From positions 496,001 through 534,014 of the forward strand of contig JALDZS010000001.1 of the NCBI GenBank assembly GCA_022813965.1: a DNA stretch of 38,014 bases, written 5' to 3'. The DNA comes from Toensbergia leucococca (Eukaryota). Made by a program: the position numbers and the translations under genes. Of this stretch, positions 22,653-34,290 are shown piece by piece (position 1 is the stretch's first letter; every line of letters starts with the position of its first letter). A model generated the notes under the pieces. The model was not told the origin of the DNA. It saw only the letters and a list, made by a program, of their open reading frames with translations, and searched no databases.

Positions 22653-23896
22653 TGGGTGGTATTTAGGGAGATGGGTTCATGGGCGGGGGAGTGGGGAAGC
22701 GGGGATCATTGATGGAGATGGAAACGGGAATGATGGGGCTTGTAGTTGAGGATTCAGCTTTTTGGTTGTTCCTTCTTGGCTCTTCGTTTGTTGGCGGAGA
22801 TTTGAAAGGTGGCTCGGACGGCTAGTGACTTGAAACTACCTTAGGGCTTTGACTGCTCAGTTCAATTGTGGTTGCTCTCTCTCCGTGAACCGAGGACTGA
22901 ACAAGGGTATCGCACCCATGTGAAGATCATCCCTGCGCCACTGACGTATTTGCCTAGTGTCTCATTAGGTATCTGGACTTCAATTGTCTCTTGCTTCTCT
23001 AATTTCAAATCTCATCGAGCTTTTGCTTGGTTTTTACATTTCAACTTATCGTCTCGAAAACTCACTTGAGAAAATTGGAGATTGGAGCGGACTGCCAAGA
23101 TCCTGAGTGATTGCAATATGTGTGGAGAAATCTTTGCGATGCATTGATAATTGAGATCTCTATTACGTTCTGCTGAAGAACTAGAGCCATCGATCCATGA
23201 AGAGATGGAGAAGAATCTATACTGCAGCCAATCCTGAAAGTTGTCTCTCACGTGTTCGCATAATGCCAAGGTAATCATAGGTGATGGACTGAGTTTCGGA
23301 GGAGACTCCATTATTTACCGCGAAATAACAGCCTAGGGATGATGGAAGCAGAAGAGTAGAATTGATCAGAGGAGTAATCTGAGAACCGAAGCTTGCTGTA
23401 AAAGCTCGACGAACTACCAAGTGTAAGGACAAAGGTAGAAGTGGATTATAGGTACAACCTCGGTCGGTCATAACAAGAAGTGCCAATAGCCACCGATCTC
23501 TGGAAGTCTCTTGCCTGCTCGACAGCTTCTTATGCGCTTTTGATTGCTAGTGTGCTTTCTCCTGGGTGATTGAGTTCTTGTACTGAGCTAGGCAAGACGC
23601 TGCATAGAAGCCTTGATGATAGCCACGGGGATCTGAGGGAAGATACTCGCGAATGGCTCTCAGTGAGGCTTTCGATATTTCGCAGCCGTGCGGTTGAATT
23701 CGTCCGGGCAGATGACAATCTTCATTGCGGTTTGCAGATCTGGAACCTTCTGCAACTCCTGGCACACTTCGAAAAGTCTCTATGTGGCCGGAGTTAGCAA
23801 AATTGTAAGAAAATTTTCTATATGTGCTTTGCTGGATGTGATTCTTTCAATGTGCTCCCCTTACTTATACCTTGATGCAATCTGCCGACAGCGTCA

Positions 23897-23935
23897 CTGA
23901 AGAGTATTGCTAAAGAATGTTGCTGAAGAGTATTG
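23897..23935. repeat. Imperfect 13-bp tandem repeat, 3 units
   Basis: CTGAAGAGTATTG / CTAAAGAATGTTG / CTGAAGAGTATTG, followed by degenerate units to about 23954. Confidence 0.7.
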
Positions 23936-25069
23936 AGAAGTGTTGCGAAAGAGGCACGATGTCGGAAAGATTTATCAGTATTGTTATTGGATCAACATGT
24001 TAGCATTTGTATCATGAAAGATGCGAGAAGTGGCCATATCAGGTTGGTGGATATGCAAATTTATATTTTATTTCAGGAGGGTACTCAGCAACGAAGACAT
24101 GTATGGCCTACCCGTATAACTCGAAGGGCGGGTCAGACAAAGATCGTTTTTAAAAAAACTCCCGCCCAATCGAGTAATCGAGGGAGTTTTCTGAGTCTCA
24201 GTTTTTTGCCGCCTGTTCGAACCAGGGCAATACCTCCTTTTTTTTCCCTTTATTTTTTCGGGTTTGCGTCGTAACACTCGCTTCCTTCTATCTACATCTA
24301 ACTAGACGATTTTCTACGAAACTAGAAAGTAAAATCCTAAGGTATATGGCAGAAAGCAATACTACAGGAGGTTGTAAAAGGGGGTGTTTTCAAAAGGTAC
24401 TCAACCTAGCACCCTGTTCCACACATGATCCCAAGGCTGCCTCACAGCCACTTTACGAGATCATGCCCCTTTCTTTGGTCCCGGAATTCTTCGTTAACTG
24501 ATCCTCGGACAACGCCTACCAAAATCTTATTTTTGAGGTGCCTACATCTCTTCCGGCTGATACATCAACGCTGTTTCAGTACTAGGATGTCGCCTGAGGA
24601 ATCTGCGTCACTAATAGACAAAGCTCAAGAATACCTACCTAGCTGAAAAGCTTCGTCATTGTCTCAGCACTAGATCCTACCGTTGATCGCGCGCTTGATT
24701 GCACTGAACATGCTTCGCTGTTCTGTGTCCACGGTAGTATGAACATGACCTTTCCATTCAGTTTTGAGCTAACAGCCAATGAGGGACCGCTGTGATTAAG
24801 TGTGCAATACAAATCGATGGCTTCCGATGCCGCCTCGCAACGTACGAACTAGCCCATGGGGTTGTGAAACAGCTGTTTTCCTTGGATCTGAATTGTCATT
24901 CATCCGACTTGCAGTGATGGTCTAGATATGTGGAATCGGCACTGGCTTTTAGCAATGATGGGAAGAGTATGCAAGGCATGGAGATTGTTACTTCCTCATT
25001 CCCTTATATTCCTTACTGCAGGTAGGCATACAAAAGTTGACTAAGATGTGATCTTCCTTGCCTACTATC

Positions 25070-26137
25070 TTAAATCCAAAAGCCTTCGATCCCAACATCA
25101 ACTCTTGATACCCTACCTCCGACTGTGAAATTCCGACTAATATACGCCGCAAGTCCTCCTGTGCTTGTAATATATAAACTCTCAAAATCCAATGCTGTCC
25201 TTCCAAACTGGACCGCTGTAGGTCCAGCAAGAATAAGAGAATCCGGATCTCCCACTAATACCGTCTCCGGTCCTCCTTCAGCTTCCACAAATGCAAGCTC
25301 GTTGACAGGGTTTTGTGCGATAAACACGTCACCTCTCGCATCAAATTGAAAGTCATCTGCCATGGCATTTGCTGTTACGACCGAAGCTTCGCTGGCAGCT
25401 GTCCCGTCAGTGTTGATCGGGACTCGTGCAAGAAGCGCCTGGTTCGAGTTTGTAAAGTAAAGATAACCGCTTCGGACTTTTACGCCGTTTATGCCTAAAG
25501 ATGGTACGGAGGTGGCTTTCATAAGTGGGTCGTCTATAATTTGCGTTACTTCTTTGGTGTAAACGTTCAGTCTCCAGACCACTCCAGCCTCAGAGTCTGC
25601 GATTAGAAGAAGTCCTGACTCTTTATCGAGAACAGTCATTCCGTTCAGAAACATTGCGTCTGGCAAATCGGCAACTTTGGTGACCACGGCCGGCACATAA
25701 CCCTGGTCCAGCAAGAAACAGGACATTTCAATCTTCCACACTGAGTACGAGCCTGGCGTACTCGATAATTTCACAGTTGACCAATTACCCACCACAACGT
25801 AGAAGATATCAGGATATGTTTCGACGATACCGAGGAGACTTGTTGCGTTTGGAAAGGTGTGGACGAGAATCGGAGCTTGGATCTCGAATGGATCAACCTG
25901 GTATATCTGCGGCGTGGTGAGTAGAGTCACGAGAATCTGCCCGTTCTCTCGCACAGCGAGGTTCTCAAGCCATGTGTCAAGGGGGAATTCATGTATTACA
26001 TGGACTGGGAGAGGGAGTTGATTTTCAAAATTTCGAGCTCTGGTGTTGGAGAGGCTTGTAGGATATGCAAAACATGGTGGAAAGAGTATTGCCAATGATA
26101 ATAAGACGAGTGCGGAGAGAAAATTGCGGGATTGCAT
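25070..26137 (-). CDS. Secreted SMP-30/gluconolactonase-fold six-bladed beta-propeller (AsR5/EupF-like family), 355 aa
   Basis: Signal peptide followed by WLENLAVRENGQILVT, FLNGM, LIADS, GINGVK, YFTNS, ADDF, GPTAVQFGRT and LYITSTGG. Confidence 0.88.
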   Translation of the reverse strand: MQSRNFLSALVLLSLAILFPPCFAYPTSLSNTRARNFENQLPLPVHVIHEFPLDTWLENLAVRENGQILVTLLTTPQIYQVDPFEIQAPILVHTFPNATSLLGIVETYPDIFYVVVGNWSTVKLSSTPGSYSVWKIEMSCFLLDQGYVPAVVTKVADLPDAMFLNGMTVLDKESGLLLIADSEAGVVWRLNVYTKEVTQIIDDPLMKATSVPSLGINGVKVRSGYLYFTNSNQALLARVPINTDGTAASEASVVTANAMADDFQFDARGDVFIAQNPVNELAFVEAEGGPETVLVGDPDSLILAGPTAVQFGRTALDFESLYITSTGGLAAYISRNFTVGGRVSRVDVGIEGFWI

Positions 26138-26882
26138 GTTCAGTGGATATCAGGTATGTCAGAGGGATAGAATCGTTGTGGATAATAAGGCAGACGATGA
26201 ATCTTGACCACGATGGGCTTGTTTTTATATTGCATGTTCTTTCCATGATTTCTTTTTTTATGGTTTTTTCCCTCTCTTTCCGTGCCGCCGAATAGTAATC
26301 TTCTATACTGGAACTTGGGGTATTACCAAGCCACCGCCTTTGAGCTTTAACACATGGCTTTAGAAGCCTGCATCCAGTTACAAATCGATTGATTTCGGTT
26401 GCATCAATTAGCTACGGTATGTGTAGTTCGGGACAAAAGTAAGGGTGAAGATGCAATCCGTAAGCAGCATCCTGTCTTCAATTGCTAATTTTGTCTTAGT
26501 CATCGAATCTCACGAGCGTTGTGGCGTCTGCCGCTCGATAGAGCTGAGTAAGCCCTAATCCAAATCACTTGAAAGCTCTCGGTTCGGATTATCTCATAGT
26601 TTTTTGGTCGTCCTCAATCACCGCATTCGAAGAAATAAGTCTGCATGAATTGCTGCAAGCTAAGTAATCAGTAAATGTAATGGCCTTCTTTTGCAGACGA
26701 CCAAGACGTGAGAAGAGAAACCCATGGAAAAAGGCAGCCACGAGCACACTTTCCTATAAGTTCTGTACCAAAGCCTCGAAAATGAGATCCGGCCCATGAG
26801 ACTGTAATTAAGTCACGTAGAGCACATATCCCAAGATAACTGACCTCGTCGCCGTTCCTCATCCTCTGAATTCGCAGTACCA

Positions 26883-28180
26883 ATGACAAACACCACACAA
26901 ACCGTCACTTCAAAGGGTATCTACCACAACCTTCCCACATTCTCCGCCCACGATGGGAAGAAATACTCTGCCATCGTCACCGGCGCCAATGGTATCTCGG
27001 GCGCGCACATGGTGAAAGTCCTTGCCCAGTCACCGGAAAGATGGGGGAAGATTTTTGCGCTTTCGAGGAGGATGCCGTCGAGCACCGAAGCCCATGTCAA
27101 GAATATTGCTGTCGACTTTTTGACGAGCTCTCCCGAGGACGTTGCTAAAGTATTGAAGGATGAAGGTGTTGAAGCGTAAGTGATCCCTGGGAAAAGTGAG
27201 AAAGAAATTGAAATAGAGAAGAAATGGGGGGGAAACTAGCAGATGCTGATGCAAAAGCAGTGACTATATCTTCTTTACGTCCTACGTGCAACCACCACCA
27301 AAAGAAGGCGAAGGCCTGTGGTCCGACACCGAGGCAATGGAAGAGCAGAATGGTGAGTTCCCCGTCGCCTGTTCTCAATTTCTCAATTTCTCATCAGTAC
27401 TCCAGCAAAGCTCCTCTCAACCTTTCTCTCTGCCCTTACCATCTCCAACATTATCCCCACCCGATTCCTCCTCCAAACAGGTGCCAAAAACTACGGCATT
27501 CATCTCGGCCCTGCGCCGTCGAAGATGCAGCAATAAACATTGTCTATCCCCTTACCATCTACGCCTCAGTGCAGAAACAGCTTGGCGAGCCCCTTGGGTT
27601 CCCGGGTGATTTCAATGCCTGGGATGTAACCAAAGATCTCAGTATGGCAGAGCTGATCGCCTACCATGCCGAATGGGCCGTTCTTACCAACGGCGCTGTA
27701 AATCAAGCTCTGAATATCAGTGACGGTAGCGAGTTCTCGTATGGTAAATTCTGGCCTATCCTAGCCTCATGGTACGGCATCAAAGCATCCTTTCCGGAAT
27801 CCGACACCGCCAAATATGGCCTACTCGAAATGCCCTTTGAGCCCCCTCCTCGCGGCTTCGGGCGAAGAGGTCGCATCAACGCTACTTGGACATTTGGAGA
27901 GTGGGCTAGTAGAAAGGACGTGCAGGGTGCGTGGAAGCTATTAGCGGACAAGTATGGATTGAAGCAGGACCCATTTGAGAGTGCAGTGAAGACGCAGTCG
28001 ACTATCGGGTTGCTGGATGCGGAGATTTTGGGGCCGTGGCCGAGGGCTATCAGTATGGATGCGTCGAGGAAGCTGGGATGGAATGGGTTCGTGGATACGA
28101 GGGAGGGGATCAGGGTTGTTGTTGGGAAGTTGGCGGAGTTGGGGATGGTGCCGCCTTTGGAGGGGGGAGTAGAGGCCTGA
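26883..28180 (+). pseudogene. PRISE-like (progesterone 5-beta-reductase/SirQ-type) SDR with a frameshifting internal deletion
   Basis: Exon 1 has AIVTGANGISG and ALSRR. Introns at 27176-27260 and 27353-27405. Exon 3 reads FLLQTGAKNYGIHLGP then stops at 27534-27536. The C-terminal half (AVEDAAINIVYP..FPGD..SRKLGWNGFVDT) starts at 27515 in another frame. The NFYY catalytic segment is absent. Confidence 0.85.
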
Positions 28181-28603
28181 TGATAGAGGTTGGGAAGATA
28201 TTCATGGAGGGAAGGAAATAGTTGGAAGACGAGAGCTTTTTCTATCAATGAATTGCTACATTTGAGGTCATTTTCAATTTCGAAAGTCTTGATGGGGTGA
28301 AATCGCTTCGCCTTGTTTTACACCTCAATTAAGATCGAGTTCGGCCATTGTTTGTGGCTTTTAAATCTGGTAATGTTAAAAAGCAGTCTATCAAGAAGAA
28401 GGTGGAAAAGCAAGAAAAGAAAGTGTGAGGAAGTCCATGCCCCTTGCCCCTATCCGTACCTAGCTATGTAGGCTTGGCGCTGCAGGGTCCAGGGGTAATT
28501 CACAAACGGCAGTGCGGGGTCCACCAGCGGGGAAAGCTCCGTTCCTAAACACCCTCTCCCACCCTCCTCATCATATTCAACATACACATCAAAATCAGCC
28601 CAG

Positions 28604-29606
28604 ATGAGTGCGATTGAAGAAAACGTCGACGGTCCGGTCGAGGTGATTCAAGTCCTCTTTGCCCTGCATCCATCCTTTGGAGCACAAGAGCTATGTGGTC
28701 CGCTGGAGGTTCTGAGCAATGCCCTCCATAAGCTTAATGATCCTAGTGAGTTTCTCGCTATCTCTGTTTGTTACTTCCATCAGACCAATTCCAAAGTCAA
28801 ACTGGACGCCTTATAAGATCTAGCAAGTCTTCCAAAGGTATCCCATAAGCTAACATGTCCTTCAAGAAACCAAATCCTTCAACTGCACTATCGCCGCCTC
28901 TTCCCAAGCCGTAACCTCTTCCTCCGGCCTCACTATCAAAGCCGACATTGATTACGAAGACGCCCACGCCGACCTGGGCGACTACGACGTCCTCATCGTC
29001 CCCGGTGGCCCCAACATCGACGCCGTTCTTACCGCCCAATCCGAGCCTATCCTCCTCGCCAAAGCCTTCGCCAACCTGCAAAAGACCGACCCCAGCAAAG
29101 AACGTACCCTTCTCTCCATCGGTACCGGCTCCCTCCTGCTCGCGCACGCCGGTCTCCTGCAAGGCATGGCCGCGACGACGCACCCGGATTGCTACACCAA
29201 GATGGAAATTATCTGCAAGGAGGCGGCGCGGCGTGGGGATCTAGAGCAAACGGATGTCATGGAGGAGAACTACGTGGTCAATAACGCGCGCTTTGATCTG
29301 GGCGAAAAGTATGAGGAGAATCCGTTTATTCTGAATAAGAGACCGGATGGGAGGAGGAAGTCGATTGCGCGCAAGGGCAGCAACGCGTGGAGGGAGTCTG
29401 TGAAGAGGAGAGAGTCGAATGCGAGGAGGGCTTCGTTGCGGTTGGGTGGGTTGAGGGTTATCACTAGTGGGGGTGTCACGAGCGGGTTGGATGCTAGCTT
29501 GTATCTTGTGAGTGCGATGGTGTCGCTTGAGTCGGCGCAGGAGGTGGCGAGGTTGTTGCAGTATAGCTGGAATAAGGGAGTTACTGTCGAGGGTATTGAT
29601 GTTTGA
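28604..29606 (+). CDS. DJ-1/PfpI (ThiJ) family protein, 2 exons (28604-28745, 28867-29606), 293 aa
   Basis: Motifs GPLEVL, SSGLTIKAD, DYDVLIVPGG, LLSIGTGSLLLAHAGLLQGMAATTH and VITSGGVTSGLDASLYLV. Intron is GTGAGT..GCTAAC..AAG. Confidence 0.9.
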
Positions 29607-30531
29607 GCCTGAGATGCTTGTTTCATGGCCTCATATCATGGATTTACGAAACTGAAAGCCCACACAAATGAAAATATCTGTTCATTTTCTGGTCTTCACC
29701 GAGGAACTCGTGTCTAATGGAGAATTAATGAAAAGCCAACCGTACTCCCTCCCTTCCAACCGCTCCAGAGCTACTCATGTTTCAAAGTTTGGGAAACTCA
29801 CTCCATCCCTACCTCCTTCACCCAAGTCCATTTGAGACAGTCACTTTTCTGGAATTATTTACCGAAATTTATCACTGATACTCAGGGTTACGGGGTACGT
29901 GGTCAGTGTGGAAGAAGGGGTGTCGGTGTATCATTTCTCTATTATGACCCGAAATACCTACCGTGGTGACCATGAGAACGTCAGAATTATCATTGGTTAA
30001 TTTCAGTAAACAATCTTGAAAAAAGTGACTGTCCTGAATGGACCCGCCCTTCACCGACCTCATACCCGCCTCACCCTCTTCCCAAATCCAGGTGGGGGAC
30101 TTGACCAGAACCCAGAGACCCTACCATTCCTGAATGCACCACGTCCGTTCGCTCACATGAACCACCTTTGATGGAATAAATCAATTACCTCGTCTCAAAG
30201 GCGAACCTCTGAGATGACAAAAGGTTGAAACACATGATATACTTGCTATCGATTCAAGGGTTCAAAGTCCTCTAGGAGTTGCGTCTGCAAAGATTGTATT
30301 GTAGGTGACTTAAGGGATAACAAAGGTCAGCACAAGGTTTTCATAGTTGCTGTGACAGTGAGTTTGATCAAAGACGATGCCAGTCAAGGGCTCTGTGTTC
30401 GGAGATGAAGGCGATATCAGAAGCAGCCTTTTCGCCAGTGATGGGTAATCAACACTTCAGGTAGCTAGAGTGGTGGAGGGTGGATTGCTGTTTATGCAAG
30501 GTGTCAAACCATTCGGAGAGATCCAATTCTC

Positions 30532-31067
30532 CTATCTCCGTATCAGAATTTGGCCTAAAGGCACCACACGCAGATCGGAGAAAGCCACAAATGCGTCCAG
30601 TCATCCTTGGGCAAAAGGAATACATCAAGGTAGCAGAAGCTGAGTTGCTTCTTCCATCCTCTACGATATGGCCGACTCATAGATAGGCTCGAGACAAGAC
30701 CATAGGTTGACTTAAGCTTTATATGGCTTATACGGCGGCCGGTCTCGTGACTGATAAGCCTAGGCGCTGTCATTCGCTTGTGTCAGGACCTGATTCGGAG
30801 CTTAGCGCGGTGGGTACAAAAGCGGGGTGATGGCTATTTGTACATCACTGCGAATCACTGCGACTTTTATGTACCACCTCATTTTAGATGCCGCCCCACA
30901 TCTGCATATCTGTACACCTATCTTGCGCCATGTTACAAGACTGCTTATCATGTCAGGGGTACGCCACCACCGCTATCGGCAACCGTATCACCGCATCTTG
31001 GTGCTGTAAAACTCTTCGACCGCCCTCTCTTCACACGTCTGTAAAACCCGATTCAAAGAGGCTTATC
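30532..31067 (+). promoter_or_regulatory. Cluster of GATA (AreA/NIT2-type) sites upstream of the NCS1 permease
   Basis: GATAR motifs at 30532 (reverse), 30681, 30752, 30918 (reverse), 30944 (reverse) and 31062 (reverse). Confidence 0.35.
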
Positions 31068-31099
31068 GACAACGACCTACTTTACCAGTCCATGCCGCC

Positions 31100-32833
31100 A
31101 TGAAGTACGTCCCAAGTAAGAAGACGCTCAAGGCGCGCTGTACTACTGTCTCAGCATGGGAGCTTCCCAAGCAAGACTCTGCTCTTGCCCCACCAGGAGT
31201 ATGGACAAACGCCGACATGGACCCTGTCCCTCCAAAAAACCAAACCTGGACGCTCTGGACGTGGATGGCTTATTGGGCCACGGATACCATCAATTTGGGC
31301 ACCTGGGAGACAGCATCGAGTGTTATCGCCGTGGGTCTGAATTGGCGTGATGCCATCCCGGTCATGATTGTTGGCACAACCTGCGTTGCAATTCCCATGG
31401 TTCTAAATGGTGCTATCGGTGCAAGACTACATATTCCTTTCTCCGTCGCAGTGCGCTCTAGCTTTGGTTATTACCTCGCCTACTTTTGCATCGTTTCTCG
31501 CTCAATTCTTGCCATGTTCTGGCTAGGGATACAAGGTGCCAATGGCGCTCAATGCATCACCATTATGCTCGCTGCTATCTGGCCTTCTTATAGCAACATC
31601 AAGAATACTCTCCCGGCATCAGCTGGAATTACTACTCAAGGCATGGTCAGCTACTTTCTTTTTTGGATCATCCAGCTTCCATTACTCTTGATCCCACCCA
31701 CAAAACTCCGCTACTTGTTTGCCGTCAAACTTGTTGCCGCTCCGATCACCGCAATTGCGACTATGGGATGGATTGTAAACGCAGCTGGCGGGGGTGGCGA
31801 GCTTTTCAATCTCCCAGAAACAGTCCATGGAAGTACCAAGGCGTATCTCTGGTTGAGCTGCATGTCTGCTGTGACAGGGAGCTGGGCTACCCTTGCTTGC
31901 AACATTCCTGATTTCTCGAGATATGCCAAAACTTCCCGAGGTCAATTCATCCAGCTACCGTTCTTGCCAATCATCTTCACCCTTTGCGGTGTCCTAGGAA
32001 TCGTGACAACTTCGGGATCGTATGTCCTCTACGGCTCTTACCTCTGGAATCCTCTAGACATCATCGCGCACTGGCTCGATAACCCGGGAGGTCGTGCCGC
32101 AGCCTTCTTCGCAGCACTCAGCTGGTACGTAGCCCAAGTCGGCACCAACATTACCGCCAATTCAATCTCTGCCGCCAACGACCTGACAGTCTTGTTCCCC
32201 CGTTATGTGAATATCAGACGTGGTTGCATCATCGCTGCCGTTGTCGGCGGCTGGGTCATTGTCCCCTGGAAGATTCTTTCGTCGGCGGAAACTTTCTTAT
32301 CTTTTATGGGCGGCTACGCCGTGTTTCTTGCACCCATCGCTGGCATCATCGCGTCGGATTACTGGCTTGTCAAGCGCCAGAATATTGATGTCCCCGCGCT
32401 GTACGACCCCCACGGCCGTTACCGCTATAACAGCGGCGTAAACTGGAGAGCCGCTATCGCATTCCTTGTTGCAGTTGCCCCGCTCCTGCCCGGTTTGGCA
32501 TACTCGATTAACCCCGGCAGCACCAATATTAGCACTGGTGCAAAGCATCTCTATACTTTTGACTGGCTTTATGGCTTCGTAGTTTCCATCTTCTTGTACA
32601 CCAGCTTGAGTTTGATATTCCCGGCCAAGGAATCTTTGTCCAGTGTCACTATTTTCGGCCATGAGTTGGATGGTGAGGAGTATTCGCGTGGGATGGAGGA
32701 GAAGACGGATTCGAAGGGGAGTTTTGATAAGGAGAAGGGGTTTGAGGATGTTGGGGGGGAGACTATTGTTGGGACGACGGGGCATAAGGAGTTGAGGGTT
32801 AGGGAGGAGGTGAGCGACGGTGTTGTGCACTGA
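31100..32833 (+). CDS. NCS1 family nucleobase/allantoin/uracil permease (Fur-type), 577 aa
   Basis: Motifs WTNADMDPVP, HIPFSVAVRSSFG, NIPDFSRY, WNPLD, NITANSISAANDL, PRYVNIRRG, PWKIL, DYWLVK and GVNWRA, with about 12 hydrophobic segments. Confidence 0.95.
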   Translation: MKYVPSKKTLKARCTTVSAWELPKQDSALAPPGVWTNADMDPVPPKNQTWTLWTWMAYWATDTINLGTWETASSVIAVGLNWRDAIPVMIVGTTCVAIPMVLNGAIGARLHIPFSVAVRSSFGYYLAYFCIVSRSILAMFWLGIQGANGAQCITIMLAAIWPSYSNIKNTLPASAGITTQGMVSYFLFWIIQLPLLLIPPTKLRYLFAVKLVAAPITAIATMGWIVNAAGGGGELFNLPETVHGSTKAYLWLSCMSAVTGSWATLACNIPDFSRYAKTSRGQFIQLPFLPIIFTLCGVLGIVTTSGSYVLYGSYLWNPLDIIAHWLDNPGGRAAAFFAALSWYVAQVGTNITANSISAANDLTVLFPRYVNIRRGCIIAAVVGGWVIVPWKILSSAETFLSFMGGYAVFLAPIAGIIASDYWLVKRQNIDVPALYDPHGRYRYNSGVNWRAAIAFLVAVAPLLPGLAYSINPGSTNISTGAKHLYTFDWLYGFVVSIFLYTSLSLIFPAKESLSSVTIFGHELDGEEYSRGMEEKTDSKGSFDKEKGFEDVGGETIVGTTGHKELRVREEVSDGVVH

Positions 32834-33248
32834 GCCTTGCGGGATTTCGTGTAGTGTTTGTTTGGGCAGGGAATTTTTGTTTGGGGTTGGGGTTGAGGAG
32901 GCTAGACTTTCCGAAGTTTTTTGAGATCTAGAAGGATAGATGTTTTCAGGGTGAGTATAACGCTGGGTTTTAGAGGGAGGAGATCATCATTCCATTGAGA
33001 TGCGCTCTTTGTAAAAAAAAAGAATTTTAGCTGTTAAAGACATATACATCTCTCCCTGCACCCGATCCCCTCCTTTCTTGACGCCTTCACCCGGCTATGA
33101 GATTCTTGCTTGGGTACTGCTTGCAGTGTTTAGCAGAGCTCTAGAGATCTTCATAGTGAATACTTATGCATAGATGGATCTACAAGTTGTGACTTTGGAA
33201 GCTTCATTGTACATTTGTTACGGGAGTCTTTTAGTTTGGTTTTGAACG

Positions 33249-34066
33249 GAAGATTCAGGTTTCTTTTCTACACACATTGATGGCCATTTTTTTGTATTGT
33301 ATCTCACTCTGTTCAAAGGTTTGTTGTGTTGTATGTTACTTATAATCTGTAGCCTTTTTTTTTTTTTTTGAAAATGTGATGTTTTTGTTGCTGTGTTAGT
33401 AGTCATGAGTGTAGACTTGAGCTGTTGTGTGATTCTGAAAAAGGGAAGAGGGGTTGTGAGGGAGGGTTTTTTTTATGAGTGTTTTGCATGTGTTGATAAT
33501 GTCTGTTTTGATGAGATTTTACTGTTTGAGAGGATTTTTGTGTTTAGAGTTTCTGTCACAGTTTGAACTCAGTTCAGTCAAATATGACTAAGTGAGTTAC
33601 TCTATATAACTTCATCACAGACCTGCACCTTGATTTCTTATAATTGGTTTTCTGATTAAACTGCATTAACAAGTCATCTTAGTATATAAAGATCAGTTTA
33701 TGACAGTTTCTTTTACAATAGACACAGATTTTTTGAGTGTAATGTGTAAATGTTTGTTAAATGAGAGGGGGTTTTTTTGAGAAGAGGTTTTTGATGTAGA
33801 GTAGATTTGTAAGGGTTTTTTTGTTCTTTGTATTTATATTAGATTTTTTTTTTCTGTGTGTGTGTGTGTATTTTTTATCTTGATTGTTATGATAGTTTGA
33901 TAGACTGTGTGTAAAAACATGATAAGATAAACAAATAATGAACAATGTTAATGCAGATGATAAATATAGAGTTCAGTGACTTATAGTAATAAGATAATAT
34001 TTCTGTTACTAGTATTTAATTAATCATCATACTGCATTAGAATGACATGTGAGTCTTGTGCTTGTA
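33249..34066. other. AT-rich CpG-free island (probable decayed repeat relic)
   Basis: No CpG in 818 bp. TG-rich, with poly-T at 33355-33369 and (TG)7 at about 33855-33868. Confidence 0.6.
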
Positions 34067-34290
34067 CGCTCTAGGCTTTAGTAACATAAAGAGTGTTCTA
34101 TCTCAGTCATATTTGCATCTCATGCTCTTTCTTTACATATGATTATTAGAGATTTAGCTATATAGACAGGGTGTTATTTCACCTAGAATAGAGCGTCAAT
34201 TTGAGAAATGATCACTCCATTGCCCCCTTATATATCATGCCTCATTCATGACTTCATACCCCTTTTATCTTCTTTAACCTCAATAGTTCC

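Noticed and set aside
23897..23954. 13-bp repeats considered as CRISPR-like
   Set aside because: The units are directly adjacent with no spacers, the context is eukaryotic, and there are no cas genes.
24090..24425. CGTAACA and TTCCACA ends suggestive of a solo LTR
   Set aside because: No matching opposite terminus, target-site duplication or second copy in the window.
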